Shown in pieces: positions 1 through 10,171 of a stretch of DNA of 64,000 bases; position 1 is the first letter of the stretch; every line of letters starts with the position of its first letter. Under the pieces are notes generated by a model. The model saw only the letters and a list, made by a program, of their open reading frames with translations. It did no database searches and was not told the DNA's origin. The position numbers and the translations under genes are program-made. The DNA comes from Trypanosoma brucei (Eukaryota), in NCBI GenBank assembly GCA_000002445.1, contig CM000208.1:2976001-3040000 (forward strand), in the 5' to 3' direction.

Positions 1-2934
1 CGAATGTTGCTGTAACATCTGTTGTTTGCCTGGTGCGCATGAAAACGACCCATAGTGGAAACGGCTGTTTTTCATTCATCGCAGAAAGGAGGGTGTTAAA
101 TAAAACAGCTGTGAGAGCGTGCGGGAAGATACACTTCAAAACTGCTAATGGATGGGACAAAGAAAAGCTCCGTGCTTTACTGAGGTAATTATTTGTAGCG
201 CGCCCATTATCGATCCCTGTCCCAATATCATAAGGGGCGCCCGCCAGAAAAAAAGGAAGAAACCGCAGGGTTTTGAGGATACGTATGTGCAGTGTACCGC
301 CAAGAATCCAACAGCCGCAAGGATGCTCATTCATAGACCCGGAAAACTCCCTATTTAGACGTTTTGCGAGCGCCAAACCGGCAAAATCAAAAGAATAATA
401 AAGCAGATAAAACGGTAGCGAGGGAGAGATTGACTGCGAGAGGTTAAGGGTGACATTTACCGTCGCTTTAAAATTGCCTCCAAAGATGAGGCAGAGTTTT
501 CTGAGATGTGGAGGAGATGGGCCACCATACAAGCCCTTGAATAAAACAAACCCACGGAGGACATGAGGTCACTTTTTACGATCACACAGGGCGCTGCAAC
601 GTACAAGCTCACGGGCGAATGGCATTTGGGACGTCTCGAGGCTGTGCGCAGGAGGAGGCGTAGCTGCAACGACCAGGCCCACAACCATCGGGGACGCACT
701 ACTAACTCCTTTGAAGGGGTGGAAACCGCAATGGAAGCAGAGGAAAACTATGCCCGCAGCGCGGCAGCGCTTGTAGAGCGCGCAAGAACATTTGATCCGG
801 TGGACGAAAGCTCTACCACTAGTGAGCTGGAAAAAAAAGTTTCACAGCCAACTGAGCAGCAAAGGCCAGCAAACAGCATGTTGTCAGGGTGTGTGGTTTG
901 GTGCGCCGCGTTCCTCAGGCATTGACGTTATACCCCATTTTCTATCGCAGCGGCAAATAAGCCGAGCATAGAACCCGAGAAGAACCTGAGATTCATGCAT
1001 GGTTTATTCGGTGATGATATGAACGGTACAGCAATGAGTTCAGGCAATGCAAAACCGAGGGATGCGGTACAGCAAGGAATGGAGCGTGTTGATCAACGGC
1101 CTTCGGAACAATACATTATACGTCTGGGGAAAAGACGGGGCACACGGCACTTGGATTGGGCACTTCGAACCCACCAAGCCTTACAGTGGCGAGAAAACAT
1201 GGCAAACGATGCCAAGACCCAAAAGCCATTGACTCTCATGCTGCAGCCGTTGAAAGAAGTATTGAAGCATGCTTAACAAACGACAAGATTAGGAAGGACA
1301 AGATTACGGACGCTCAATGCCGTAGTGTTAGCTGAACGGTGCTCCACGGAAGAAAGCGTTTACAGCCTTCCACTCTGGACTTATCCACGCAAGGATGAAC
1401 TACGACGTTGCTTTTAAGTGATTTTCAGTCTCCACTTCAAGCGGGGAGAGGGTGGAAAGCATGCAACCCCGGCAACGCATGCGATTGCCGAGATTTCGTA
1501 GCACGCAAAACAAGGTGTGCCCAAATAAACTCGACTGATATTTGTTTGGAAGGCGGCAAACACGAGGGCGACGGAACACCGCCCCATGTCAAACGCTAAA
1601 AGAGGATGCTTTTCAGACATAATAAACCGGCAATATCCTAGAAGTCATCCAATACCTGAATGGCTGAATTCAGTGGAGGGATGGTGCTCCGAAACCGAAA
1701 ATCAGGGTGCACTCCATACTTAAAGCTCCTTGGACGTTGGCTCCGGAAAATAAATTTCCCTTCCGTGGGAGGGTATGAAAGCAAACGCAACAGACGAATG
1801 GAGGAGGGTTCCTGCGCTGCAAAAAATAGGGATATTCAGTAAGAAGGACTGAAAAGTTTCAACAAATGAACTGGTGAGTTTAGGCAGTTAGTCCACTGCA
1901 GAAACGATAATCTTCGGCAACACGGAAAAACACAGAATTAAAGGGATACCGGAAGATGGGCATGCGGCCATCGTGCGGAAGCAGCTCCAATGGAAATGGG
2001 GTTGAATAAAGTACTGGAAACAATGAAAGACCGAGTCGCGCGGAGGATGGAATCCCGAGCCGCGTATGGAAGGGTGATTTTCACAGCCAGTAAAAAGAAT
2101 GAGGTGATTTCTATGCAGCTTATTTTCTCCCACCGTGTTGTTTGGAAAGAGAGTGCAATAGCAGATGAGATTGCAGTGAAAGAAGCAACTGCAGAAAGAC
2201 ACACCTAATATATAAAGTTGATACATTGGTGGGAAAAATAATGCAGAAGCACAAAGAGGAATACGCTACATTCGAAATTGGATTAGGGCGAAACGCGCAT
2301 CGAAGCGATCTTCTCGCCCGTATTCTGCCGGTACCCATGACGGCTCAACTCACTAAAGTGGAGAAAATCATCTTTTCATCATTCCGTGCCTACACACCCC
2401 TAAGCATCTTCGGTGATACCGAAGGAGGATCACCCATAATAAGCGCGGTCGTGAGTGCAAAGCCGCGGCAATCAACAGGAAGAGGCGGGAGGAAGACACC
2501 CTCCCCCCCAAATATATTTGAAAGAGTTGGGCACAACGTGGCCACACTTCCCGAACTTGTAGAAGAGAGGGTCTGTAACTCGGACACCTTCTGTGCATGC
2601 ACTAAACCCTTTTAATACAAGGCACGGTGGCACACCACATGGGAAGAACTGAAAAGACGTTTTGAGGTCCCTCGTGAATGCACCCGGCGCCATATACGGT
2701 GTCTCGTTCGCATAGCAGTCCTCAGAAGCGTGACCGGGGATTGTGTGCAGAGATGGGGGTGAGTGGGCAAAGATTGCAGAATAGAGGGGTAGAAAAAAAA
2801 ATCGAAGCAGGCGATAAGGATTCATCACTTAGAATTTACTGGGTCACGGTTAGACCAAATGTTTACCGACCAAGACTATGATCAAAGCAACATACGACCA
2901 ACAAACACCTGGATAAAACTGCTGGAGCCACGAA

Positions 2935-2970
2935 ACACACACACACACACACACACACACAGAGAGAGAG
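2935..2970. repeat. Compound (AC)13(AG)5 microsatellite.
   Basis: Direct read: acacacacacacacacacacacacacagagagagag. Confidence 0.95.
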
Positions 2971-3850
2971 GTGCGTGGCTACTAGAGATATAGGCTTGTC
3001 GAAATTAAACTGGCCACCAATGCGGACGCCGGCAGAAGCATGTCGAGGCCCCCCAAGTCCAGCAAATTAATATTCTTGTTCAAGCACCGGATTACCGCTA
3101 GGCGCCGCCAGGGGTTCGAAGAGAAGCGTGCTTGATCTCGACGTTGGTAACTGCAAATTTCAAATGCGTTGCAGAGAATGCAGTTGAAGGGTTGGCACCC
3201 GGTGTCTGGAGGACCATCACCCCCGCCACCAATCTGCGGCGATTGCCCAACTGATCCCGTGCCCCGGCTGCCAACCAATCCCTGCAGCTTCCCTCTCCAC
3301 TTATGATAGTACATTTCGCAACTCACATACGATCGGGTTGTGCGTTCCCTACTTTCAAGGTCCCTACTGCACAGTTTTTTGCGTACAGCTACCAACTGGC
3401 CTGAATAGAGTCTCTGGATATTGACATTGAAATACAAAAACTGCCTACCCTTTATTATGGTAAACTCACCGACCCGTGATATTCGGGCGTCGAACATTCA
3501 CTGCGGAATCAAAAGTCACTTTACCACTAAGCACCACATCCATTGAGCCTTTTTAAAGGGGGGATGCCGACCTCCCCGCGGGTGCAGACGCCCACGGCAC
3601 CGCAATGATCATTTTGTTGACACCAGAGAATAATGTCACTACGTAAAAAGGCAAGGGTGTAGAATGTAGCACGAGTATTAAGCGATAAAAATAATTTCAG
3701 AACCAATTTCCATTCACTTCCCTCCCTTTGTCCGCAACCAAAAAAATTATAGGCAATATATATATTTCTTCATAACTACACATATGTCGCCCCCCTCCCC
3801 CCAAGCAGTGGTCTCTCAGGCACGTGCTCATCGGTTGATCTATTTATCTG

Positions 3851-6652
3851 CTACAACCAGAGTTCGTTCCTATCTGGGTTTAGCGAGTGAGTGAGATCAT
3901 TCAATGTGTGAAGCTGAACCTCACCCTTCTCGAACCCAAATACCACCATACGGCTTTCCGCCTTTGCCTCTGGTGGCGTGTCAAAGCAAGTGCAAATACC
4001 GGCGTTCGTCTGGGAAAGGGATTGCGAAAAAACGGGCAGTTCCCTTTCCCCCTTCGCCAAATCAAGCAAATAAAACATACCACCTGCGTCCAAAACCCAG
4101 TACAGCCACTTGTCCATTAGACTGCAGCGAATTTCAGTAACACGATGAGTGCTAAGGGGAATAGATATCTGTGGACTACCCTCGGTGTGCAGATACACCC
4201 TAACACTGCCATCATCGTACCCGACCATAAGGATTCTGTTATCCACAGGATTGTATTGCACACACGACGGCACAACAATGGGTTGATTAAAAAATCGCGA
4301 GGAGGGCCCGTAAACTGATGGCGCGGCCACACTACCGAAACGGCTAATGTGACGCACCCCCTCGGCGCACGCCACGACGTAATGAGACGGATCGGACGGC
4401 ACAAAATCAATGGCAAATGCTTCCTGCGATAGCGATGCTGAGTTTGCACGATCGCTGCCTTTGGACGCCGCCAATAGCAGTCGAACGGTGGAGAACATGT
4501 TCAATCCATTTTCATTATCAATGATGGCGCCCTTCGCCTGATCCTTTTCATTCACGACCCAAAAGTGTGTCTCACCGAAGGCATCGAGTGAAACTAGTTG
4601 TTCAGCTTCATCTTTCCGTATGCCCGTTGCTGTGTTGTACCCTGCAACAGTAACCGAAACCAACGGTGCCAAGTGATTACCTGCTTGCCACGATGTTGAG
4701 AAGGAGGGAAGACGGAATCTATGTCCTTCATAACGGCCGGCTGTCGTATGATTTCTCTCCGGCTCGCGGGTGTCCCATAAAAAAACAGAACCGTCTTCAG
4801 ACCCACCATAAATCAAGTAGGGTTTTCGCGGACTTGCGGATATACACGTGATCACTGATGGTGAGACAAGTACCTTCTCTGGTGCAGTGTTGTCATATAT
4901 ACTCCAGAGGAGAATCACTGACATGTAACGATCCATCTCCTTGGAGGGCCCTTCCTCCACACACGATCCATGAAGCGCCACTATATAGGTTGGATTGCAG
5001 GGATTAAAGAGGACCTTGAGCACAGGCCTGTTCCGCGCGGCAGAAAAGCAGAAGGAGACACACGATGACGAGAACTGCGTCTCACTTTTTGCCTTTGTTG
5101 CATCCGAACCCACTCCCTCGTTCTCATCCATAGCAGCGCGGATGATGGGAAAGACGCGGTTCAGAAATCCCGCCAACAGCGCCCCGTCAGCAAACTGCTG
5201 TTGTTGGGTATTTTCTGTCACAGTGCCCCCGTCCGTTCCTCCCTTTCCCGTGGTAAATTGTGCCACGTTATTTGTATGCAACTCTGGGCATAATCCCAGG
5301 TCCCGGGGCACTTCCACCCCGCGGCTTTTTACCCGCACACGCTCCGCTTGCACTCCGACGTCCGTACGATCCTCCTCTGCGGGATTTTGTACGCCTACTT
5401 GTTTACGACCCGACTCCCCAAAGCTTCGGATGTACATGTCATATTGAGATTGCGGCGGCGCATCAACCAGGGCAGCCGCAACATCATCCATATCTACCAA
5501 CCGTCGCAGTGCTGTCGCACGCTGTAAATCTTTGTCAAACTGGGTGACATACCCCTGCCGCTGGAGGTCTTCCGCGGCGAACGCGCTTGTGCCCAGAGGC
5601 CCCGTCGTCGCTTTGGAGTCATTTCCCCGCTTGTTTCGCTTCTCCTCCCGCTCTTTTCTCCGCAGTTCACGGCGTTCAAGTGCTTCTCGTTCTCTCTCTT
5701 CTTCAGCACGGCGTCTCTCATTCTGTTGAGCTGCTTCCTTTGCTTCGTGCGCCGCCTGGCGAATAGCATGATTCTCAGCCGCCATCGCTGCTGCCAGTTC
5801 TTCTGTTTTCTGCCCAGCTACTAGCGCAGTTGTGCGTCCTCGTCTACTTTCCGGTGACACACCTTGCTCATTCCTGGGGGACGCCTGCTTGGCTCCCTTT
5901 TTGTTACTAAGAATATCTTGAAGGTCATCCCCGTCCTCGTCAATGGTCTCCTCCTTTTCCTTTTCCATTTCCTTCTTTCCTTTCTCTTTTTTCTCTTCCT
6001 TTTCCTTGGCCTTGCGCTCAGCACGTTCCTTTTCTTTACGTGCTCGACGTTCTTCCTCTGTCTCGTCACGCTTTGACTTTCGCTCCTTCTCCCCATCATT
6101 CCCAACCTCTTTTTCCTCCTTTTCTTTTTTCTCTTCCTTTTCCTTGGCCTTGCGCTCGGCACGTTCCTTTTCTTTACGTGCTCGACGTTCTTCCTCTGTC
6201 TCGTCACGCTTTGACTTTCGCTCCTTCTCCCCATCATTCCCAACCTCTTTTTCCTCCTTTTCTTTTTTCTCTTCCTTTTCCTTGGCCTTGCGCTCGGCAC
6301 GTTCCTTCTCCTTACGTGCCCGGCGCTCTTCCTCTGTCTCGTCACGCTTTGACTTTCGCTCCTTCTCCCCATCATTCCCAACCTCTTTTTCCTCCTTTTC
6401 TTTTTTCTCTTCCTTTTCCTTGGCCTTGCGCTCGGCACGTTCCTTCTCCTTACGTGCTCGACGTTCTTCCTCTGTCTCGTCACGCTTTGACTTTCGCTCC
6501 TTCTCCCCATCATTCCCAACCTCTTTTTCCTCCTTTTCTTTTTTCTCTTCCTTTTCCTTGGCCTTGCGCTCGGCACGTTCCTTCTCCTTACGTGCCCGGC
6601 GTTCTTCCTCTGTCTCGTCACGTTTCGACTTCGTGGTCGTGTCGTCACCCAT
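3851..6652 (-). CDS. WD40-repeat protein (933 aa). The N-terminal third is five near-identical 46-aa Lys/Glu/Arg-rich repeats followed by a charged coiled-coil-like segment; WD-type beta-propeller repeats fill the C-terminal half. The architecture resembles a dynein intermediate chain or other flagellar WD protein.
   Basis: Long minus-strand ORF. Motifs such as GSEDGSVFLWD and VGYDDGSVRVYL are typical WD repeats. The N-terminus is 5 x GNDGEKERKSKRDETEEERRARKEKERAERKAKEKEEKKEKEEKEV. Overlapping ORFs in other frames (5821..6648 -, 5943..6695 +, 6040..6654 +) are frame artefacts of the repeat. Confidence 0.6.
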   Translation of the reverse strand: MGDDTTTKSKRDETEEERRARKEKERAERKAKEKEEKKEKEEKEVGNDGEKERKSKRDETEEERRARKEKERAERKAKEKEEKKEKEEKEVGNDGEKERKSKRDETEEERRARKEKERAERKAKEKEEKKEKEEKEVGNDGEKERKSKRDETEEERRARKEKERAERKAKEKEEKKEKEEKEVGNDGEKERKSKRDETEEERRARKEKERAERKAKEKEEKKEKGKKEMEKEKEETIDEDGDDLQDILSNKKGAKQASPRNEQGVSPESRRGRTTALVAGQKTEELAAAMAAENHAIRQAAHEAKEAAQQNERRRAEEEREREALERRELRRKEREEKRNKRGNDSKATTGPLGTSAFAAEDLQRQGYVTQFDKDLQRATALRRLVDMDDVAAALVDAPPQSQYDMYIRSFGESGRKQVGVQNPAEEDRTDVGVQAERVRVKSRGVEVPRDLGLCPELHTNNVAQFTTGKGGTDGGTVTENTQQQQFADGALLAGFLNRVFPIIRAAMDENEGVGSDATKAKSETQFSSSCVSFCFSAARNRPVLKVLFNPCNPTYIVALHGSCVEEGPSKEMDRYMSVILLWSIYDNTAPEKVLVSPSVITCISASPRKPYLIYGGSEDGSVFLWDTREPERNHTTAGRYEGHRFRLPSFSTSWQAGNHLAPLVSVTVAGYNTATGIRKDEAEQLVSLDAFGETHFWVVNEKDQAKGAIIDNENGLNMFSTVRLLLAASKGSDRANSASLSQEAFAIDFVPSDPSHYVVACAEGVRHISRFGSVAAPSVYGPSSRFFNQPIVVPSCVQYNPVDNRILMVGYDDGSVRVYLHTEGSPQISIPLSTHRVTEIRCSLMDKWLYWVLDAGGMFYLLDLAKGERELPVFSQSLSQTNAGICTCFDTPPEAKAESRMVVFGFEKGEVQLHTLNDLTHSLNPDRNELWL
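5945..6650. repeat. In-frame tandem repeat of a 138-bp unit, 5 full copies plus a partial degenerate copy, inside the 5' end of the WD40 gene.
   Basis: Unit starts (ccttttccttggccttgcgctc...) occur at 5998, 6136, 6274, 6412 and 6550, an exact 138-bp period. Copies differ by only a few bases. Confidence 0.9.
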
Positions 6653-6875
6653 AGTTACGTTTTATTTGTCTTCCTTTTTAAGTACCCTTGTGTGAGAATG
6701 CAAATAGGGGAGGGGGAATGATTGTGAGGAAGAAGACAAATAAATGTACACGTGCCCATGTATGCATGAGGTGAAAGTAAAATCCGTAAAAAAGCGCAGC
6801 AAGCAAGCCAAGGGTTACGCCCTTCCCCCGCGGTTATTCACTTTGCACCACACAGCAGTTAAATGATCTCATACG

Positions 6876-8663
6876 CTACGCCACATTATTCCAGCAACTC
6901 GCGATGTGACGTGCACTAACGCCGTGCTGGAAAAGAGCGTAGGAAAGCCATCGGATCTTTTCCCGGTTAGCCTTGTCAATCTCAGAACTGCAACCTGATG
7001 TTGCACTCGCTGCTCGCCTGTTGCCTCCAACCCCTCTTCGCCTACCGCTACCTGTAAGCAAACGTCCTCGATGAAGCACGCTCCGGAGGTGGTGCACAGA
7101 GCCTGGAAAAAATCCCAAAGAGGATAAAAACAACAGCACTTTCATTTCATCACTTGATAGAGTACGACGCGCGGACCCATAAGAGTCGTCTCCCACGCCT
7201 CGTTTAAGGGCATCTACGCCCCAGCAGTCGTAAAGAATCCACGCTAGGACAAGACGCACGTAACCCGAGGCGGATTCGGAACACCTGACGAGAGGACGTG
7301 CTGGACGATCGTTTGGGTTCCAAATTCCATTTCGCCGGTGCACTTTCCTCAGCATACACGATATTAGCGCGCAAAGACTCGCGTTGAACGGAGCAAAAAA
7401 TCGATAGTGGTAATTGACGCTCACATCCGCAAATGACAAATAACTGTCATGCTCCTGCACGACCTCATCCTCACTCGCAGCAGCGGCGAAGGCACCGCGT
7501 ACAGCTTCCCCCATCCGGTTCCATAGCGGTTTATATGGCATTTCGACGGGAGGTAGGCTACAGTAAGGAGAGGTCGTCCTGATGCAGCACAACATGTCTT
7601 CGTCTGGTCGCGTTGACAGTTCACCAAAGACTTCCTCCCATGGGAAAAGACGACCCCGAGCAAGCATATCATGTGTCCAATTGATCTCACTCCCTCCTGC
7701 GTCGGACGGCGTTAATGGGGGGACACCCGACAGCTGGGAGAGGGGGAATCGTGTCTCTTTTAACGCATCAAGCGTGACAGGTAAGGATGGCAGTACCTTC
7801 TGGCGACGCACTGCGACACGATCAGGACCTGCATGAAAAATTGAACCCTGTGTAAACATCTCCCCAACTCCAAACAGTGTGTAAGATACCCAGCGTGGAT
7901 GATACGCTTCTATGACGTAATCACAGTATCGTCGGAACTGCGCCGCCGTCATTTCAAACTTGTGGTCTTCGTGTCTCACGTTGTACGGTAAACCTGGCAA
8001 AGAGTGAGGAGCACCGTTCAACCGCGGTTGAATGCTACCTCCTAACTGACCGGTCACATTACTCTTGGCATTACCAATACCATTTCTATCACGATTGGGT
8101 GTTGTAATGACTACAACCCGCGCACCGCAAGCCGCGGCAAGGTGGGCAAAAAGGACCTCGGTGAAGAGGGGAACATCACTAACATTTATGTGTTCTAACA
8201 CTTCAATGGAGATAACGGCATCATATTGGTGTGATAACTGGGTGCGAGGAACCGCTTCTCCCAGTTGTGTAGCCTCTTTCCCGATTTCCCGTTCCCTTTC
8301 CTTGTCTTCTTCAAACGGAGTGAAGACCGGTGGTTTCGTGAGGTCCCCTTGAACGAACTCAACGTGCATGGGGTGCAGAAGTGCAACGGGGGATGAGAAT
8401 CCTAGTGCTGTTATCGCTTCTTTGGCTTCATGCAACGCCACTTTGTCCAAATCGATCGCGAGCGCGCGACTGAAAGAATGTTCTTGTAACTGGGAGGTCA
8501 GTATATGGCGTAGCAGTCCGCCACTCGAACAACCGGCATCAATGAACGAGCTACACCCATTCTCCCGTAGTAAAGTTTGCACTTTCTGCGCCCGCTGTAC
8601 GTATAATGGCGGGGAAAACGATGGAGTCCACTCGTGGTCACCGCCGTTCCCATATACGGACAT
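6876..8663 (-). CDS. HEN1: HEN1-type small RNA 2'-O-methyltransferase, a class I SAM-dependent methyltransferase. Probable start is MSVYGNGG at 8663; the ORF tracker extends it to 8834 through low-complexity sequence.
   Basis: The segment FSPPLYVQRAQKVQTLL...IDAGCSSGGLL...AVISIEVLEHINVSDVPLFTEVLFAHLAAACGARVVVITTPNRDRN aligns motif-for-motif with what I recall of animal HENMT1 (FKPPLYKQRYQFV...DLGCGDTSLL...[24 protein letters not shown]...IVISTPNSEFN). I verified by hand that the ATG at 8661-8663 is in frame. Confidence 0.7.
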   Translation of the reverse strand: MSVYGNGGDHEWTPSFSPPLYVQRAQKVQTLLRENGCSSFIDAGCSSGGLLRHILTSQLQEHSFSRALAIDLDKVALHEAKEAITALGFSSPVALLHPMHVEFVQGDLTKPPVFTPFEEDKEREREIGKEATQLGEAVPRTQLSHQYDAVISIEVLEHINVSDVPLFTEVLFAHLAAACGARVVVITTPNRDRNGIGNAKSNVTGQLGGSIQPRLNGAPHSLPGLPYNVRHEDHKFEMTAAQFRRYCDYVIEAYHPRWVSYTLFGVGEMFTQGSIFHAGPDRVAVRRQKVLPSLPVTLDALKETRFPLSQLSGVPPLTPSDAGGSEINWTHDMLARGRLFPWEEVFGELSTRPDEDMLCCIRTTSPYCSLPPVEMPYKPLWNRMGEAVRGAFAAAASEDEVVQEHDSYLSFADVSVNYHYRFFAPFNASLCALISCMLRKVHRRNGIWNPNDRPARPLVRCSESASGYVRLVLAWILYDCWGVDALKRGVGDDSYGSARRTLSSDEMKVLLFLSSLGFFPGSVHHLRSVLHRGRLLTGSGRRRGVGGNRRAASATSGCSSEIDKANREKIRWLSYALFQHGVSARHIASCWNNVA

Positions 8664-10171
8664 TTGAGCGCCTGCATGAAGCGCAGGGGCCGTCAACACG
8701 AACGAGAAGATGATTGAGGAAAGGTGGGGGCGGGAGAACAAAAGTAAATGAGGGCCAACTAAAAAAATATTAATATTGACAGAGAATGCCGCAATAAGTG
8801 AGAGGGAATACAATAATGCATACAGGACGAACAAATAAAGCGAACGGTGCTGTCAGTTAGCAGTGATGGGAGCCCATTCTCACCATCAGCTAGGGAGAAA
8901 TAATGCCGCCCTGGACCGCCGGACGGAGACAAGACTGAACGAAAACAAAAACACATACAAGGGGGCGCTAATGTAAAACGATACACATGCAAAAACCGAA
9001 GGGGAGGAATCCCCCATTAGGATGATTTGGCGTGATGACGGGAGGCGCGTTTGTCCGAAAGACGCACGACCCCCAGAAAAAGAGGGTGAGAAAGAAGACA
9101 ACAACGACAAAATTGAATAGCGTTAAAGCAGAAAGGTGTGTTTTTGTGTTTTTTTTGTGTGCGATGATGGACTAAAGTATTGAAGTGAAAAATTTACAAG
9201 CAGGAGTTTGACCGGCATGCCACATCCCGTCTCATATCCCGTCGGTGTTACTTCACCCCTCGCGTGCTGAACACAAAAACAAAAGCTGTTGGGGTGCACA
9301 ACCAATCACCTTGACAAATATATATATGTATATAAAATATCCAACTAAAGCAACACACCATACAAACTGATAAAAGTGGAAAGATAACATAAATAAGCGT
9401 ATTAATAATTTCATTGCCGCCGAATACGGAAGGTCGATGAGGAAAGGACGGAGTGACGCGAAACGTTGACTGGATTCATTTTTATTCACCACAACTTGAC
9501 CATTCCGGTGGAAAGATCTTAACAAACAGGCAAACTGCTCCATACTCCAAAAGGTCACCCGCCGAGCCCCAATGATGCACCGCGCCATCCCCGCTAAAAC
9601 CCATAAGTGAGCCTCGGCGTCACACGCTCAAGGGAGTTATAAACCAAACAAACATACGCCACCACCCTCACAAAGTTATTTGGAGGCATCAATGAAGCGA
9701 AGACCTGAATTGTTTACCAAGTGCAAACAATCGACATTTCCTTATTCGCCGTGTCCCGCTCACGGCACGCGAGAGGTGGTGAATCTCCGAAAACAAAAAA
9801 AAAACAAAAAAGGAAAAACAAAACAAAAACGTCGCCAAGATCAGTAGCAAAAAACGATGGGTCTCAATCACTCACTGGAAAAGTAGCAGCAAGATAATTT
9901 CAGCAGTTGCACACACAGGAGCGTCCTGACATCCGCATAGACCTACCTTGTACTTTTATTCCCTACCCATGTTTTTTTTTCATCTGTTCTCCCTCCTTTC
10001 CCATGTCAGCAACGATGTTGAACGTAATAGTTTCACCGATGGAGGATCCTTCCCCGACATCAATAGTGATGTGCCACCGCTGTATTGGCATGATGGACGC
10101 GTGCACACACAGACACACACACACACACACACATCATTAGTGATGTAGACACTGCACATCCCCAAAAAGGT

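Noticed and set aside
1140-1175. tRNA-like GGTTCGAA T-loop motifs (also at ~3113-3122).
   Set aside because: The flanking bases do not form a T-stem or an acceptor stem. There is only an unrelated hairpin with a 19-nt loop. No cloverleaf can be drawn.
2982-3497. 171-codon minus-strand ORF in the first 3.8 kb, plus shorter plus-strand ORFs at 563..925 and 995..1276.
   Set aside because: No recognisable motifs, composition unlike the neighbouring genes, and plausibly within the 3' flank of the WD40 gene. A short real gene cannot be excluded, but there is nothing to support calling it.
5943-6695. Plus-strand ORFs of 250 and 204 codons (5943..6695, 6040..6654), and a minus-strand alternate-frame ORF (5821..6648) rich in RKRKRKKK.
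   Set aside because: All three lie exactly over the 138-bp tandem repeat. Their periodic S/F/L or R/K-rich translations are frame artefacts of the repeat, and the WD40 gene frame alone continues into a structured domain.
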